NCBI GenBank assembly: GCA_964440405.1
Contig: CAYTSB010000003.1
Location: 1 to 35,312, forward strand
DNA length: 35,312 nt
Direction of reading: 5' to 3'
Origin: an uncultured Muribaculaceae bacterium
Lineage (GTDB): Bacteria > Bacillota_I > Bacilli_A > RF39 > UBA660
Each line of letters begins with the position of its first letter. Positions within the stretch are counted from its first letter, which is position 1. Below, piece after piece: positions 27,399 to 35,312 of the stretch. Under the pieces are notes generated by a model that saw only the letters and a program-made list of their open reading frames with translations, did not search any database and was not told where the DNA came from. The translations under genes were made by a program, and so were the position numbers.

Positions 27399-28775
27399 TT
27401 AATAATTACAATTGTTAGGAGTTCTTGGAAATGGGATAACATCACGAATATTATCAACTCCCGTTAGATAGATAACCAGTCTTTCAAACCCCATTCCAAA
27501 GCCACTATGGATACAACCTCCATAACGGCGAAGATTCATAAACCATTCAACTGCATCTAAATCAATTCCCATAGATTTAGCTCTATCATATAACTTATCA
27601 TAGTCATCTTCTCTTTGACTACCACCAATTAATTCTCCGGCACCGGGCACCTCTAGATCAACAGCAGCAACTGTTTTATTATCATCATTTAATTTCATAT
27701 ACCAAGCTTTGATGTCTTTTGGCCAATCTTTAATAAATACCGGGCCATTAAAATATTCAGTAATATATTTTTCATGTTCTTTGGCAATATCTCCTTCATA
27801 ATCAGGATCAAATTCCCATTTAACTTTAGCAGCCTTTAAAATATCAATTGCTTCATGATGAGTGATTCTTGTGAAATTACTCTTGAGCAATTTATTTAAT
27901 TTATCAAGTAAACCAATTTCGACAAATTTATCTAAAAATTCTAATTCTAAAGGACATCTTTCCACAACATATTTAACAATAAACTTTAGCATATCTTCCA
28001 TAACATCCATATTATCATTGATATCACAAAAAGACATTTCTGGTTCAATCATCCAAAATTCGTTGGCATGTGTTTTAGTATTAGAGTTTTCAGTTCTGAA
28101 AGTTGGTCCGAAAGTATAAATATTTTTAAAAGCTAAAGCAAAAGCTTCACCATGCAATTGTCCACTACCAGTTACAAATGCTTTTTTACCAAATAAATCA
28201 CGAGAAAAGTCAACTTCACCAGCTTTCATTGGTAAGTGGTTAAAATCCAAGGTGGTCACCTTAAACATTTGATCTGAGCCCTCACAATCAGTGGTTGTGA
28301 TAATAGGTGTATGAACATAAACATAATTATTATCTTGAAAATAAGTGTGAATTGCCATTGCTGTAACACTTCTTATTCTAAATACTGCTGAAAACAAGCT
28401 GGTTCTCGGTCTTAAGTAAGCTTGTTCTCTTAAAAACTCTCGAGTATGTCTTTTAGGTTGAATTGGATAATCTTCAGGGCAATCGCCTAATAAAGTTATT
28501 TTTTTAACAGTTATTTCAACTTCTTGACCAGTTCCTGCTGATTTAATTAAAATCCCTTCAACTTTTAAAGAACTGCCAACATGAATTTTAGCAATTTCAT
28601 CAAAATCAGTTAATGTGTTATCATAAACTAACTGTAATGATTTAAAATAAGTTCCATCATTAAAATCAATAAACCCAAATTCTTTTTGTTTACGATGATT
28701 CCTCACCCATCCTTGTAAGATTATTTTACTATCCAAATATTTTTCTTTATTCTCAAATACTTCTTTTATAGTCAT
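27399..28775 (-). CDS. asnS: Asparagine--tRNA ligase
   Basis: OB-fold N-terminus (GWVRNHRKQKEFGFIDFNDGT), FRTENSNTKTHANEFWMIEPE, C-terminal FPRTPNN. Confidence 0.95.
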   Translation of the reverse strand: MTIKEVFENKEKYLDSKIILQGWVRNHRKQKEFGFIDFNDGTYFKSLQLVYDNTLTDFDEIAKIHVGSSLKVEGILIKSAGTGQEVEITVKKITLLGDCPEDYPIQPKRHTREFLREQAYLRPRTSLFSAVFRIRSVTAMAIHTYFQDNNYVYVHTPIITTTDCEGSDQMFKVTTLDFNHLPMKAGEVDFSRDLFGKKAFVTGSGQLHGEAFALAFKNIYTFGPTFRTENSNTKTHANEFWMIEPEMSFCDINDNMDVMEDMLKFIVKYVVERCPLELEFLDKFVEIGLLDKLNKLLKSNFTRITHHEAIDILKAAKVKWEFDPDYEGDIAKEHEKYITEYFNGPVFIKDWPKDIKAWYMKLNDDNKTVAAVDLEVPGAGELIGGSQREDDYDKLYDRAKSMGIDLDAVEWFMNLRRYGGCIHSGFGMGFERLVIYLTGVDNIRDVIPFPRTPNNCNY

Positions 28776-28776
28776 A

Positions 28777-29832
28777 TTACCACTCCCAAAATAATTTTAA
28801 TTTTCTAACAAATTTATATTCAAATCCCTGTTCACCAGTATTTCTTCTAGCAACTCTTATTATATCATAAGGGCTGTATATTTTATACAATTCTAATTTT
28901 TCTTTTTTTATAACATATTCTAAAGCTTTAATAATTAAATCCCTGTTATTTTTTCCTAAAAACCTGAGATAAGCTTTATTTAGCATTTTTTTATCAACTT
29001 TTCTTAAAAGTTTGTCATAAAATCTTAACTTATTATTTTTAAAATAATAGTTAATACCATCTAAGTTTTTAATAACTTTTAAAGTATCATAATATCCAAG
29101 TTTAATATTTTCTCTAATTTTATCAGTATCTAAAGTCAATTGTGAACCCAAATTTTTTTTGGGTTTAATTTTAATGATTTCGATTTCTGGATTTTTAATT
29201 TTCTTTTGTGGACCCGGACCATTTAAATAAACTGCATAAATTTTATTACAACCATTATTTACTAAAATTTCAATTGGTACCGAATCATGAAAACCACCAT
29301 CTAAGTAGTAATTATCATCAATTAATTTTTCTTTTTTAAATATTGGTAAATAACAGCTGGCTAAAATATATTCTATGGTTTTTCCCTTAGGAATATCTTT
29401 TTTTGTTACCTCAACTGGAACCACACCATCACTTTTAATAGTTACTACTCCATAATCAATAGTGCTTTGTCTAAACTTTTCCTCATTAAATATTTCTTCT
29501 AGTTTAATTTTTAAAGGACTCAAATTAAACCCATGATTTTTTATTTTACTTTTAATCGTTTTAACAATAATATCCAATTTTTTTAAACTTATCTCTTTTG
29601 CTTTAAATATTTCATCTAATTCTAAAAAATGAATTGGATCAACTGTCTCCCAGAATTCTAATAATTCTTGCTCCTGATGAGCTACAATCATTGCGCCATT
29701 AAATGAACCGATAGAAGTACCAGAAATCATATCAAATTTAATTTTACTTTCTTTTAAAGCATAGAAGGCTCCTATCTCATAAGAACCTCTTAAGCCACCG
29801 CCCGCCAATGCTAAACCAACCTTTTTTTCCAT
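28777..29832 (-). CDS. Patatin-like phospholipase family protein
   Basis: GLALAGGGLRGSYEIG (oxyanion GGGxRG), GTSIGS (GxSxG), YLDGG (Asp of the dyad). Confidence 0.85.
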   Translation of the reverse strand: MEKKVGLALAGGGLRGSYEIGAFYALKESKIKFDMISGTSIGSFNGAMIVAHQEQELLEFWETVDPIHFLELDEIFKAKEISLKKLDIIVKTIKSKIKNHGFNLSPLKIKLEEIFNEEKFRQSTIDYGVVTIKSDGVVPVEVTKKDIPKGKTIEYILASCYLPIFKKEKLIDDNYYLDGGFHDSVPIEILVNNGCNKIYAVYLNGPGPQKKIKNPEIEIIKIKPKKNLGSQLTLDTDKIRENIKLGYYDTLKVIKNLDGINYYFKNNKLRFYDKLLRKVDKKMLNKAYLRFLGKNNRDLIIKALEYVIKKEKLELYKIYSPYDIIRVARRNTGEQGFEYKFVRKLKLFWEW

Positions 29833-29836
29833 AATT

Positions 29837-30844
29837 TCACCTATTAAAATATCTTTTAATTAAATTTTTATTATTTTCTTTTCTAGCTTTTAATGGTTCA
29901 GATTTTCTATTTAAAGCATAAACAACCGGTTTAGATAATAATTTAGCAAAAAATCTTTTCCAGCTATTAGTTTCTCGTTCAACTCTTGTTAAATAAGTTT
30001 CTAAAGTATCACGACGATAATGTAATATTTTTTCTAAATCATCACTATCTTCATAATAGCCACAATGGAAATTTTTTTCTGCAAAAGCATAAGCTTCCAA
30101 AAAATTAAAATTTAAGCCATAAATAGTAAACATTTTTACAAGAAACTCTCGATAAGTAGTACGGCATCTCTTACCGCCACCCAGATTAAAAACTTTACCT
30201 TTTAATTCCTCAGTATGATTTAAAGCTTTAACAAAAGCTAAAGCGGTATCTACATCGGAAGATATTTCCAATTTAGTATCTAAAGGCATATGAAACATTA
30301 AAGGATCAGTTGCAGGACGGCCCATAATCGCTGTCAGACGAAAGATAGTATAATTTTTTAAATTCTTGATAATGTAATTTTCAGTTTTAACTTTACAGCT
30401 GGCATAGTAATCATAGGGATTAATTCCAACTGGATCACCAACTTTAATATAAGGGTTTTTTAATCTGTCACCATAAACACTAATTGAAGAACTAAATAAT
30501 AAAAAACAATTAGGATTATGTTTATTAATGGCATCAACTATATTTTTAGTTCCTTCATAATTAACAATAGTTGTTAATTCTGGTTTAAAGTCAGCTAAAG
30601 GAGGCAAAATTGCAGCTAAATGAATAACAAAATCGTGATCTTTAATTAAAGAACTAATCAATACTTCATTATTAATATCGCCATAAATAATATTAACTTT
30701 TGTATTTAGTTTTCTAAACTTTTTTTCCGATTTAGAATTTTTTAAATCAAGAGCTGTTATTTCGTATTTAGATTCTTTAATTAAATGTTCTAAAACACGA
30801 TAGCCAATCATTCCAGCAGCTCCGGTAACTAAAACTTTTTTCAT
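29837..30844 (-). CDS. NAD(P)-dependent epimerase/dehydratase family protein
   Basis: VLVTGAAGMIGYRV Rossmann motif, SSSISVYG, YxxxK as YASCK. Confidence 0.8.
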   Translation of the reverse strand: MKKVLVTGAAGMIGYRVLEHLIKESKYEITALDLKNSKSEKKFRKLNTKVNIIYGDINNEVLISSLIKDHDFVIHLAAILPPLADFKPELTTIVNYEGTKNIVDAINKHNPNCFLLFSSSISVYGDRLKNPYIKVGDPVGINPYDYYASCKVKTENYIIKNLKNYTIFRLTAIMGRPATDPLMFHMPLDTKLEISSDVDTALAFVKALNHTEELKGKVFNLGGGKRCRTTYREFLVKMFTIYGLNFNFLEAYAFAEKNFHCGYYEDSDDLEKILHYRRDTLETYLTRVERETNSWKRFFAKLLSKPVVYALNRKSEPLKARKENNKNLIKRYFNR

Positions 30845-30854
30845 CTTATCCTCC

Positions 30855-31622
30855 TTAAATTATTAAACTTGCAACTATAACTATCATACCACAAACAATC
30901 CCAATTATAGTAGATTTTTCTTTTATATTACGCCAAACTTCCTTTAGTAATTCAAATAAAATAATATAAATAAGCATCCCTATTGTTACTCCTATTAAAA
31001 TTGCTAAAAATAAGCTGCTAAATTCAATATCTAAAGCAAAAATTGTTAAAGCACCAATCCCAGTTGATAAAATCATTAAAAGTATTGGTAAAAATTTTTT
31101 AAATTTACTCTTATTAGATAAATCCATAGTAGTACTTATTTCAATGCCTAAAGGGATATTATGAAGTCCTACACCTAGAGCTAATAGTAAAGCAGAATGT
31201 GCACTTAATAAACCCGTTATATAAATAGCACTGCCCTCAATAATATTATGTAAAATTAAAGCAATGCTTGTAATCAAACCGATATGATACATATTAGATT
31301 CGTGTTCTTCCTTATCTTTTTCACGAGGATGATGTTCATGATGATGATCTGGTACCAAGAAATCTAATAGTTTTAAAATTATAGCACCACCCAGAACGGA
31401 TAAAGCAGCTATAATAATTTTATTAATTAATTTCTGATTTTCCAAATTTTCTAATAACTCAGGAGTCAAATCAAAAACAATTAATCCTATCATGACTGTT
31501 AAAGCCAATGCTACTGCAAATTTAAATAAATCGTTTTTATCTTTACCTATCTTAGAAATAAAATAACCGATAAGAAAAAACATTCCCCCAAAAACAGCAA
31601 TTAATAAAGCAATTAATTTCAT
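30855..31622 (-). CDS. ZIP-family divalent metal (zinc) transporter
   Basis: His-rich loop DHHHEHHPREKDKEEHE, HNIIEGSAI and GLHNIPLGIE motifs, polytopic. Confidence 0.85.
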   Translation of the reverse strand: MKLIALLIAVFGGMFFLIGYFISKIGKDKNDLFKFAVALALTVMIGLIVFDLTPELLENLENQKLINKIIIAALSVLGGAIILKLLDFLVPDHHHEHHPREKDKEEHESNMYHIGLITSIALILHNIIEGSAIYITGLLSAHSALLLALGVGLHNIPLGIEISTTMDLSNKSKFKKFLPILLMILSTGIGALTIFALDIEFSSLFLAILIGVTIGMLIYIILFELLKEVWRNIKEKSTIIGIVCGMIVIVASLII

Positions 31623-31623
31623 T

Positions 31624-32631
31624 TTAGCTCTCCTCTAAGTTACTAACGCTATAACAATTGGCATCTAAATTAGCAAATTCTTTCTTTAAATATAAAGGAT
31701 AAGCAGCTGCTCCAATCATTGCGGCATTATCAGTACAGTAAATTAATTGTGGCACTAGCAAAGGAATATTAAATTCTGTAGTAACCTTCAAAGCCTCAGA
31801 TTGAAGATATTTATTAGCTGAGACTCCACCAGCAATAGTAACAGATTTAACAGGATATTTTTTTAAAGCTAAAGTTAATTTATTAGTAAGTTCTTTAATT
31901 GCCACTTCCTGAAAACTACATGCTAAATCTGCTTTATTAATCTCATTTCCTCTTTGACATTCAGTATGAACCAAATTAATAATGCTGCTTTTTAATCCGC
32001 TAAAACTAAAATTTAAACTATTATCTTTCATGGGGATTGATAAGTTATAGGTGTGCTTACCTAATTTAGCTAATTTTTCTATGTTTGGTCCGCCCGGATA
32101 TTTTAAACCGAGTACCCTGGCAACTTTATCATAGCACTCACCAATTGCATCATCTAAAGTTCTGCCAATAACTTGATAATCATAGTCTCCTCTCATAAAA
32201 AGCATGTCGGTATGACCACCGCTTACTATCAAAGCCAGAGCTGGAAAAACAATTTTATTTTCTAAATTATTAGCATAAATATGACCCATTAAATGGTTAA
32301 CGGTAATAAGCGGTTTTTTATAAATAAATGATAGTGCCTTGGCACATTCTAATCCAACTAATAAACTACCCATTAATCCTGGCATATTAGTTACGGCAAT
32401 TGCATCCATATCTACTATTTTCATCTTAGCTTTAGTTAAAGCATCGTCAATTACTAAAGTAATATTTTCAGTATGCAGTCTAGAAGCAATTTCTGGTACT
32501 ACCCCACCATAATTAGCATGAATATCCATTTGAGTTAAAATGCTTAAACTAATACATTCATTACCGTTTTTAACAATAGCGACACTTGTTTCATCACATG
32601 ATGTTTCAATTGCCAAAATATATATATCCAT
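31624..32631 (-). CDS. tsaD: tRNA N6-adenosine threonylcarbamoyltransferase TsaD
   Basis: ILAIETSCDETSVAIV, NHLMGHIYAN, SGGHT, GGVSAN motifs. Confidence 0.96.
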   Translation of the reverse strand: MDIYILAIETSCDETSVAIVKNGNECISLSILTQMDIHANYGGVVPEIASRLHTENITLVIDDALTKAKMKIVDMDAIAVTNMPGLMGSLLVGLECAKALSFIYKKPLITVNHLMGHIYANNLENKIVFPALALIVSGGHTDMLFMRGDYDYQVIGRTLDDAIGECYDKVARVLGLKYPGGPNIEKLAKLGKHTYNLSIPMKDNSLNFSFSGLKSSIINLVHTECQRGNEINKADLACSFQEVAIKELTNKLTLALKKYPVKSVTIAGGVSANKYLQSEALKVTTEFNIPLLVPQLIYCTDNAAMIGAAAYPLYLKKEFANLDANCYSVSNLEES

Positions 32632-33056
32632 TATTCTATTCCCTTTCCCATTAAGTAAGCATCATCATTATTATAATAATGCTTGCGAGTATTAATAATA
32701 TCAAATCCAAACTTTTTATATAAATTAATTGCAGCGATATTATTAACATTAACTTCCAAGGTCAATAATTTTACTCCTCTACTAAGATCACTTAACATAT
32801 AATCAATCAAATTACTGGCAATATTATTTCTTCGATATTCTTCTTTTACAACCACATTAATAATATCTGCTGCTTCGTATAATTCTGTAATATGAATGAA
32901 ACCTACTATTTGATTGCTATCGATATAAACAAAAATTTTACTAAATTTTTCATTTAAAATATCTTTAATATTAAATAATTTTCTAAAATTAGAATTAACT
33001 AAAATCCCTAAATTATTTATTTCTTCAATATCACCTATTTCAGCAGGTCTAATCAT
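32631..33056 (-). CDS. rimI: GNAT acetyltransferase, RimI-type (ribosomal-protein-alanine N-acetyltransferase)
   Basis: 141-aa GNAT fold pattern (VVKEEYRRNNIASNLIDYML, LEVNVNNIAAINLYKKFGF). Conserved position between tsaB and tsaD. Confidence 0.8.
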   Translation of the reverse strand: MIRPAEIGDIEEINNLGILVNSNFRKLFNIKDILNEKFSKIFVYIDSNQIVGFIHITELYEAADIINVVVKEEYRRNNIASNLIDYMLSDLSRGVKLLTLEVNVNNIAAINLYKKFGFDIINTRKHYYNNDDAYLMGKGIE

Positions 33057-33633
33057 TTAGCACCTCTATCTTTTTAATATATAAAGGTTTAACTCCATGA
33101 GGATTTTCACCAGAAATATTTTGTAAATAATTATAAATATTCTGATAATTTATTTCAACTTGATCAACAATATTATCTTCATAATTATTTTGACTTATAT
33201 AATTTTGATAATCATTTTTGCTTAAATAAAAGTAATCATTTAATAGTCTATTGTTATTGTCGAACAAACCTATAAAAAATCCATTACGATCACTTTCCAC
33301 TGCCAGTTTAGTTCCAGATAAATCACTACTTAATACCTTTATCATTAATGAAGAAATTGTTTTAATAGGTATATTTAAAGAGTACGCAAATGTTTTAGCA
33401 ATAGTTACCCCTATTCTAGTACCAGTAAAACTTCCTGGACCATTAACAACAAATATTTCTTTTAATAACTTTAAATCAATCTTTTCTTTAGTTAGCAAAT
33501 CTTCAATCATTGGCATAATATTATTGCTATGTCCCTGATGAGAAATATTTTCTTTAATTTTAAATACTTCATCATTTTTATATAAAACCAAAGTTGCTTT
33601 ATCACTATGTGTATCTATTAATAAATTATACAT
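33049..33633 (-). CDS. tsaB: tRNA threonylcarbamoyladenosine biosynthesis protein TsaB
   Basis: LIDTHSD..., VVNGPGSFTGTRIGVTIAKTFA, operon context. Short form, 194 aa. Confidence 0.9.
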   Translation of the reverse strand: MYNLLIDTHSDKATLVLYKNDEVFKIKENISHQGHSNNIMPMIEDLLTKEKIDLKLLKEIFVVNGPGSFTGTRIGVTIAKTFAYSLNIPIKTISSLMIKVLSSDLSGTKLAVESDRNGFFIGLFDNNNRLLNDYFYLSKNDYQNYISQNNYEDNIVDQVEINYQNIYNYLQNISGENPHGVKPLYIKKIEVLND

Positions 33634-33655
33634 TTAACCACTTCCAAGCAAAATT

Positions 33656-33664
33656 ATTATACCA
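33656..33664 (-). promoter_or_regulatory. Extended -10 promoter element upstream of tsaB
   Basis: Minus strand TGgTATAAT (TATAAT = 33656-33661), 23 nt upstream of the tsaB ATG. No good -35. Confidence 0.3.
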
Positions 33665-33740
33665 TAAAATTTAAAAAACGAATATATAAGGATTATACTC
33701 GTGTGTAAAAATTATTTTAAAGATCTTTTCTTAACAGATA

Positions 33741-34215
33741 TTAGTTCACTTTTATTTCCTCTATATGATGAGATAATAAATTCCATTCTTCATCGAACTC
33801 AAAATAGCCGTTAATTTTTTTACCTTCTAAAATAAATGGCATCCAATAGCTATCATCAATAAACATTTTATTATAAGGTATTTTATCTATATTAAACCAT
33901 TCTGGTTTCATTTCTTCGGTTTCCTGAGGTTTTCCATCCCACTTAGTTGCGACATATAAATGAAATATTAAATGTGCTTTGGCTCCTTTTACATACTCAA
34001 GAAAATCCATAATCCCGACTTTTTCATATTCAGTTGGAGCGATACATATTTCTTCATAAGCTTCCCTAATCATGGCTTCTTCTGGAGTTTCATTTGGTTC
34101 TAATTTGCCACCAACACCGTTATATTTTCCTGCACCAAATCCTCTTTTTTTTCATAGCAAGTAAAATTTGATTGTCTTTTCTTAACAATAGTAAAGTCGT
34201 TTCTATTTTTTGCAT
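33741..34215 (-). pseudogene. MTH1(NUDT1)-like NUDIX 8-oxo-dGTP diphosphatase, disrupted by a +1 frameshift in an A8 tract
   Basis: - The ATG at 34215 (SD AGAGGTG) gives MQKIETTLLLLRKDNQILLAMKKK, then RIWCRKI*.
- Removing one A from 34145-34152 joins it to ...KKRGFGAGKYNGVGGKLEPNETPEEAMIREAYEEICI... (a complete Nudix box GX5EX7REUXEEXGU) and to the 110-aa ORF 33741-34073.
- LLAMKKRGFGAGKYNGVGGK and DDSYWMPFILEGKKINGYFEF closely parallel human MTH1. Confidence 0.8.
34145..34152 (-). repeat. A8 homopolymer at the NUDIX frameshift site
   Basis: Plus strand T8 between c34144 and c34153, counted directly. Confidence 0.95.
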
Positions 34216-34284
34216 ACTACACCTCTTTTAAATTAATTATACATTATTTTTTATTAATTTAATAAAAAAACAGATTTTTATCTG

Positions 34285-34737
34285 TTATAAAACTGCATGA
34301 CACAAATCTTCATATTGTTTGCCGTAAGGAGTAAAAACTAAAACTCTAGTGTTTTCGTCAATAATTTTAAAAGTAATTTGCAATCTTTCCTCTGGCAGAT
34401 AATCACTAATTAATTCTGACCATTCAATAATAGAAATAGCTCCTTTATTAAAATATTCATCTATTCCAATATTTTGATGATTATTATTTAAACGATATAC
34501 ATCCATATGATACAAAGGTAATTCTCCTCCTAGATATTCTTTAACTAGATTAAAAGTAGGAGAAGTTATGACTTCTTTCATTCCTAAGGCTTGTGCAAAA
34601 CCTTTGACAAAAACTGTTTTTCCGCTTCCTAGTTCACCATCTAAACATATTACCATATTAGGAAACTTCTCTGATTCAATATTTTGAGCTAGTTCCATCA
34701 TTTCTTCTTCATCATGTACTGTCACCTTATAATTCAT
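34285..34737 (-). CDS. tsaE: tRNA threonylcarbamoyladenosine biosynthesis ATPase TsaE
   Basis: P-loop GELGSGKTVFVKGFAQALG, SPTFNLV, YHMDVYRL. Start set to the ATG at 34737 (GGTGA 4 nt upstream), giving a typical 150 aa. The ORF-track extension has no SD. Confidence 0.9.
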   Translation of the reverse strand: MNYKVTVHDEEEMMELAQNIESEKFPNMVICLDGELGSGKTVFVKGFAQALGMKEVITSPTFNLVKEYLGGELPLYHMDVYRLNNNHQNIGIDEYFNKGAISIIEWSELISDYLPEERLQITFKIIDENTRVLVFTPYGKQYEDLCHAVL

Positions 34738-34832
34738 TCTATCACCATCTTCATTATAAATAATATTTATGATACTTACAACAGTTTTTTGCAAAAAACT
34801 CATAAACATATTCTATTTAATTTTTAGGACTT

Positions 34833-35312
34833 TTATAAATGGACTTTTTCAATAATATTACTTTCCTTAACTTTATTTACAGAATGATTTTCAATTAGAT
34901 TTATTGCCCACTTTTCTATTTCAATATTTTCTTCTATTACAAATTCTTGTCCTCGACACGCTGATTTAAAATAGCCATCTTTCCAACTATCTGTATTATG
35001 ATAAGTTATTGATAGATTTTTAAATATTACTGGTAAATCCCACTTTGTTCTTGTCATTCCTCTTTTAGTTAAATCTAATTCTTCATTATATTTAAACATG
35101 CCATAACCTTTGATATTCTTATTAAACGTACAATTTTCTCTTGCTATATAAATACAATTTGAGTTGTTATTTAGTCTTTTATATCCATTAGCATGGGGCT
35201 GCTTTTTTACCCATTCTGTTAGATTTTCCTTATGTGGGTAAATTATCCTATCAATTTGCAAATAACCAAACATTGTATGATGATCATTACCTTTTTTAAA
35301 TTTATATCCTTT
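34833..35312 (-). CDS. Unidentified protein, 5'-partial (frame stays open to the window edge)
   Basis: The 39 nt upstream of the ORF-track ATG (35273) are in frame with no stop (KGYKFKKGNDHHT-MFGYLQIDRII...). No motif I can assign. Contains HPH-like PHKEN, WDLPVIF and CRGQEFV segments. Confidence 0.5.
   Translation of the reverse strand, partial: KGYKFKKGNDHHTMFGYLQIDRIIYPHKENLTEWVKKQPHANGYKRLNNNSNCIYIARENCTFNKNIKGYGMFKYNEELDLTKRGMTRTKWDLPVIFKNLSITYHNTDSWKDGYFKSACRGQEFVIEENIEIEKWAINLIENHSVNKVKESNIIEKVHL

Noticed and set aside
1366-33538. Eleven 60-100-aa ORFs in the track lying antisense inside conserved genes: 1366-1578, 4621-4893, 5794-6042, 6318-6506, 9421-9624, 9667-9867, 10027-10215, 12204-12389, 17168-17371, 21716-22024, 23847-24056, 27862-28119 and 33251-33538. 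Also the same-strand out-of-frame ORF 4985-5197.
   Set aside because: Each is fully embedded in a gene with strong family motifs on the other strand or frame. They have low-complexity Ile/Leu/Ser/Phe-rich translations typical of shadow frames in AT-rich DNA, and none has an SD.
33719-33728. AAAGATCTTT palindrome after the NUDIX gene as a terminator
   Set aside because: It is a contiguous self-complementary 10-mer with no loop, so it can form only a 3-4-bp RNA stem. No U-run.
1-35312. Possibility of Mollicutes-type code 4 (TGA = Trp), given the extreme AT richness
   Set aside because: TGA terminates pgk (ATGA junction with tpiA), the first pilin-like gene and the cse60-like sORF. TGG encodes the conserved Trp residues, and all conserved proteins are full length under the standard code.

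Overview
This is a very AT-rich, gene-dense core-genome segment from a low-GC Bacillota (Firmicutes)-type bacterium. It reads with the standard genetic code: TGA acts as a stop (pgk, the cse60-like sORF) and all conserved proteins are full length. I count about 36 coding regions, all but two on the minus strand, packed into long co-directional strings with many 1-14 nt overlaps.

Gene content in minus-strand transcription order:
- an unknown 5'-partial ORF, tsaE, a frameshifted MTH1-like NUDIX gene, tsaB-rimI-tsaD
- ZIP metal transporter, NAD-dependent epimerase, patatin-like lipase, asnS, yebC
- an OmpR/HisKA two-component pair and a DUF368 membrane protein, which is convergent with the only complete plus-strand gene (FemAB-family transferase)
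- pgk-tpiA, spo0A, gpmI, gltX-cysS-Zn-peptidase
- two tiny membrane proteins, uvrB, an SDR, a compact clpC-like ATPase, two pilin-like paralogues
- the str operon (rpsL-rpsG-fusA-tuf), an orphan acidic protein, a lipoprotein, a Cse60-like sORF and a MurJ/SpoVB-family flippase

I saw no rRNA, tRNA, CRISPR array, transposase/integrase or long repeat. I do not see a convincing multi-gene novel system; this is mostly ordinary housekeeping DNA with several local oddities:
- spo0A sits as a self-contained unit inside the glycolytic cluster.
- An MTH1-like antimutator gene is broken at an A8 tract inside the t6A operon.
- A Cse60-like sORF, below the ORF-track cutoff, overlaps the flippase start.
- A tandem pair of Cys-bracketed pilin-like paralogues lies behind a 31-nt perfect palindrome.
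- A hairpin sequesters the clpC Shine-Dalgarno (SD) sequence.
- The TIM has non-canonical phosphate-gripper loops.
- S12 has Ile in place of the conserved Pro of KDLPGVRY.

All family calls rest on motif recognition by eye. No database search was run.
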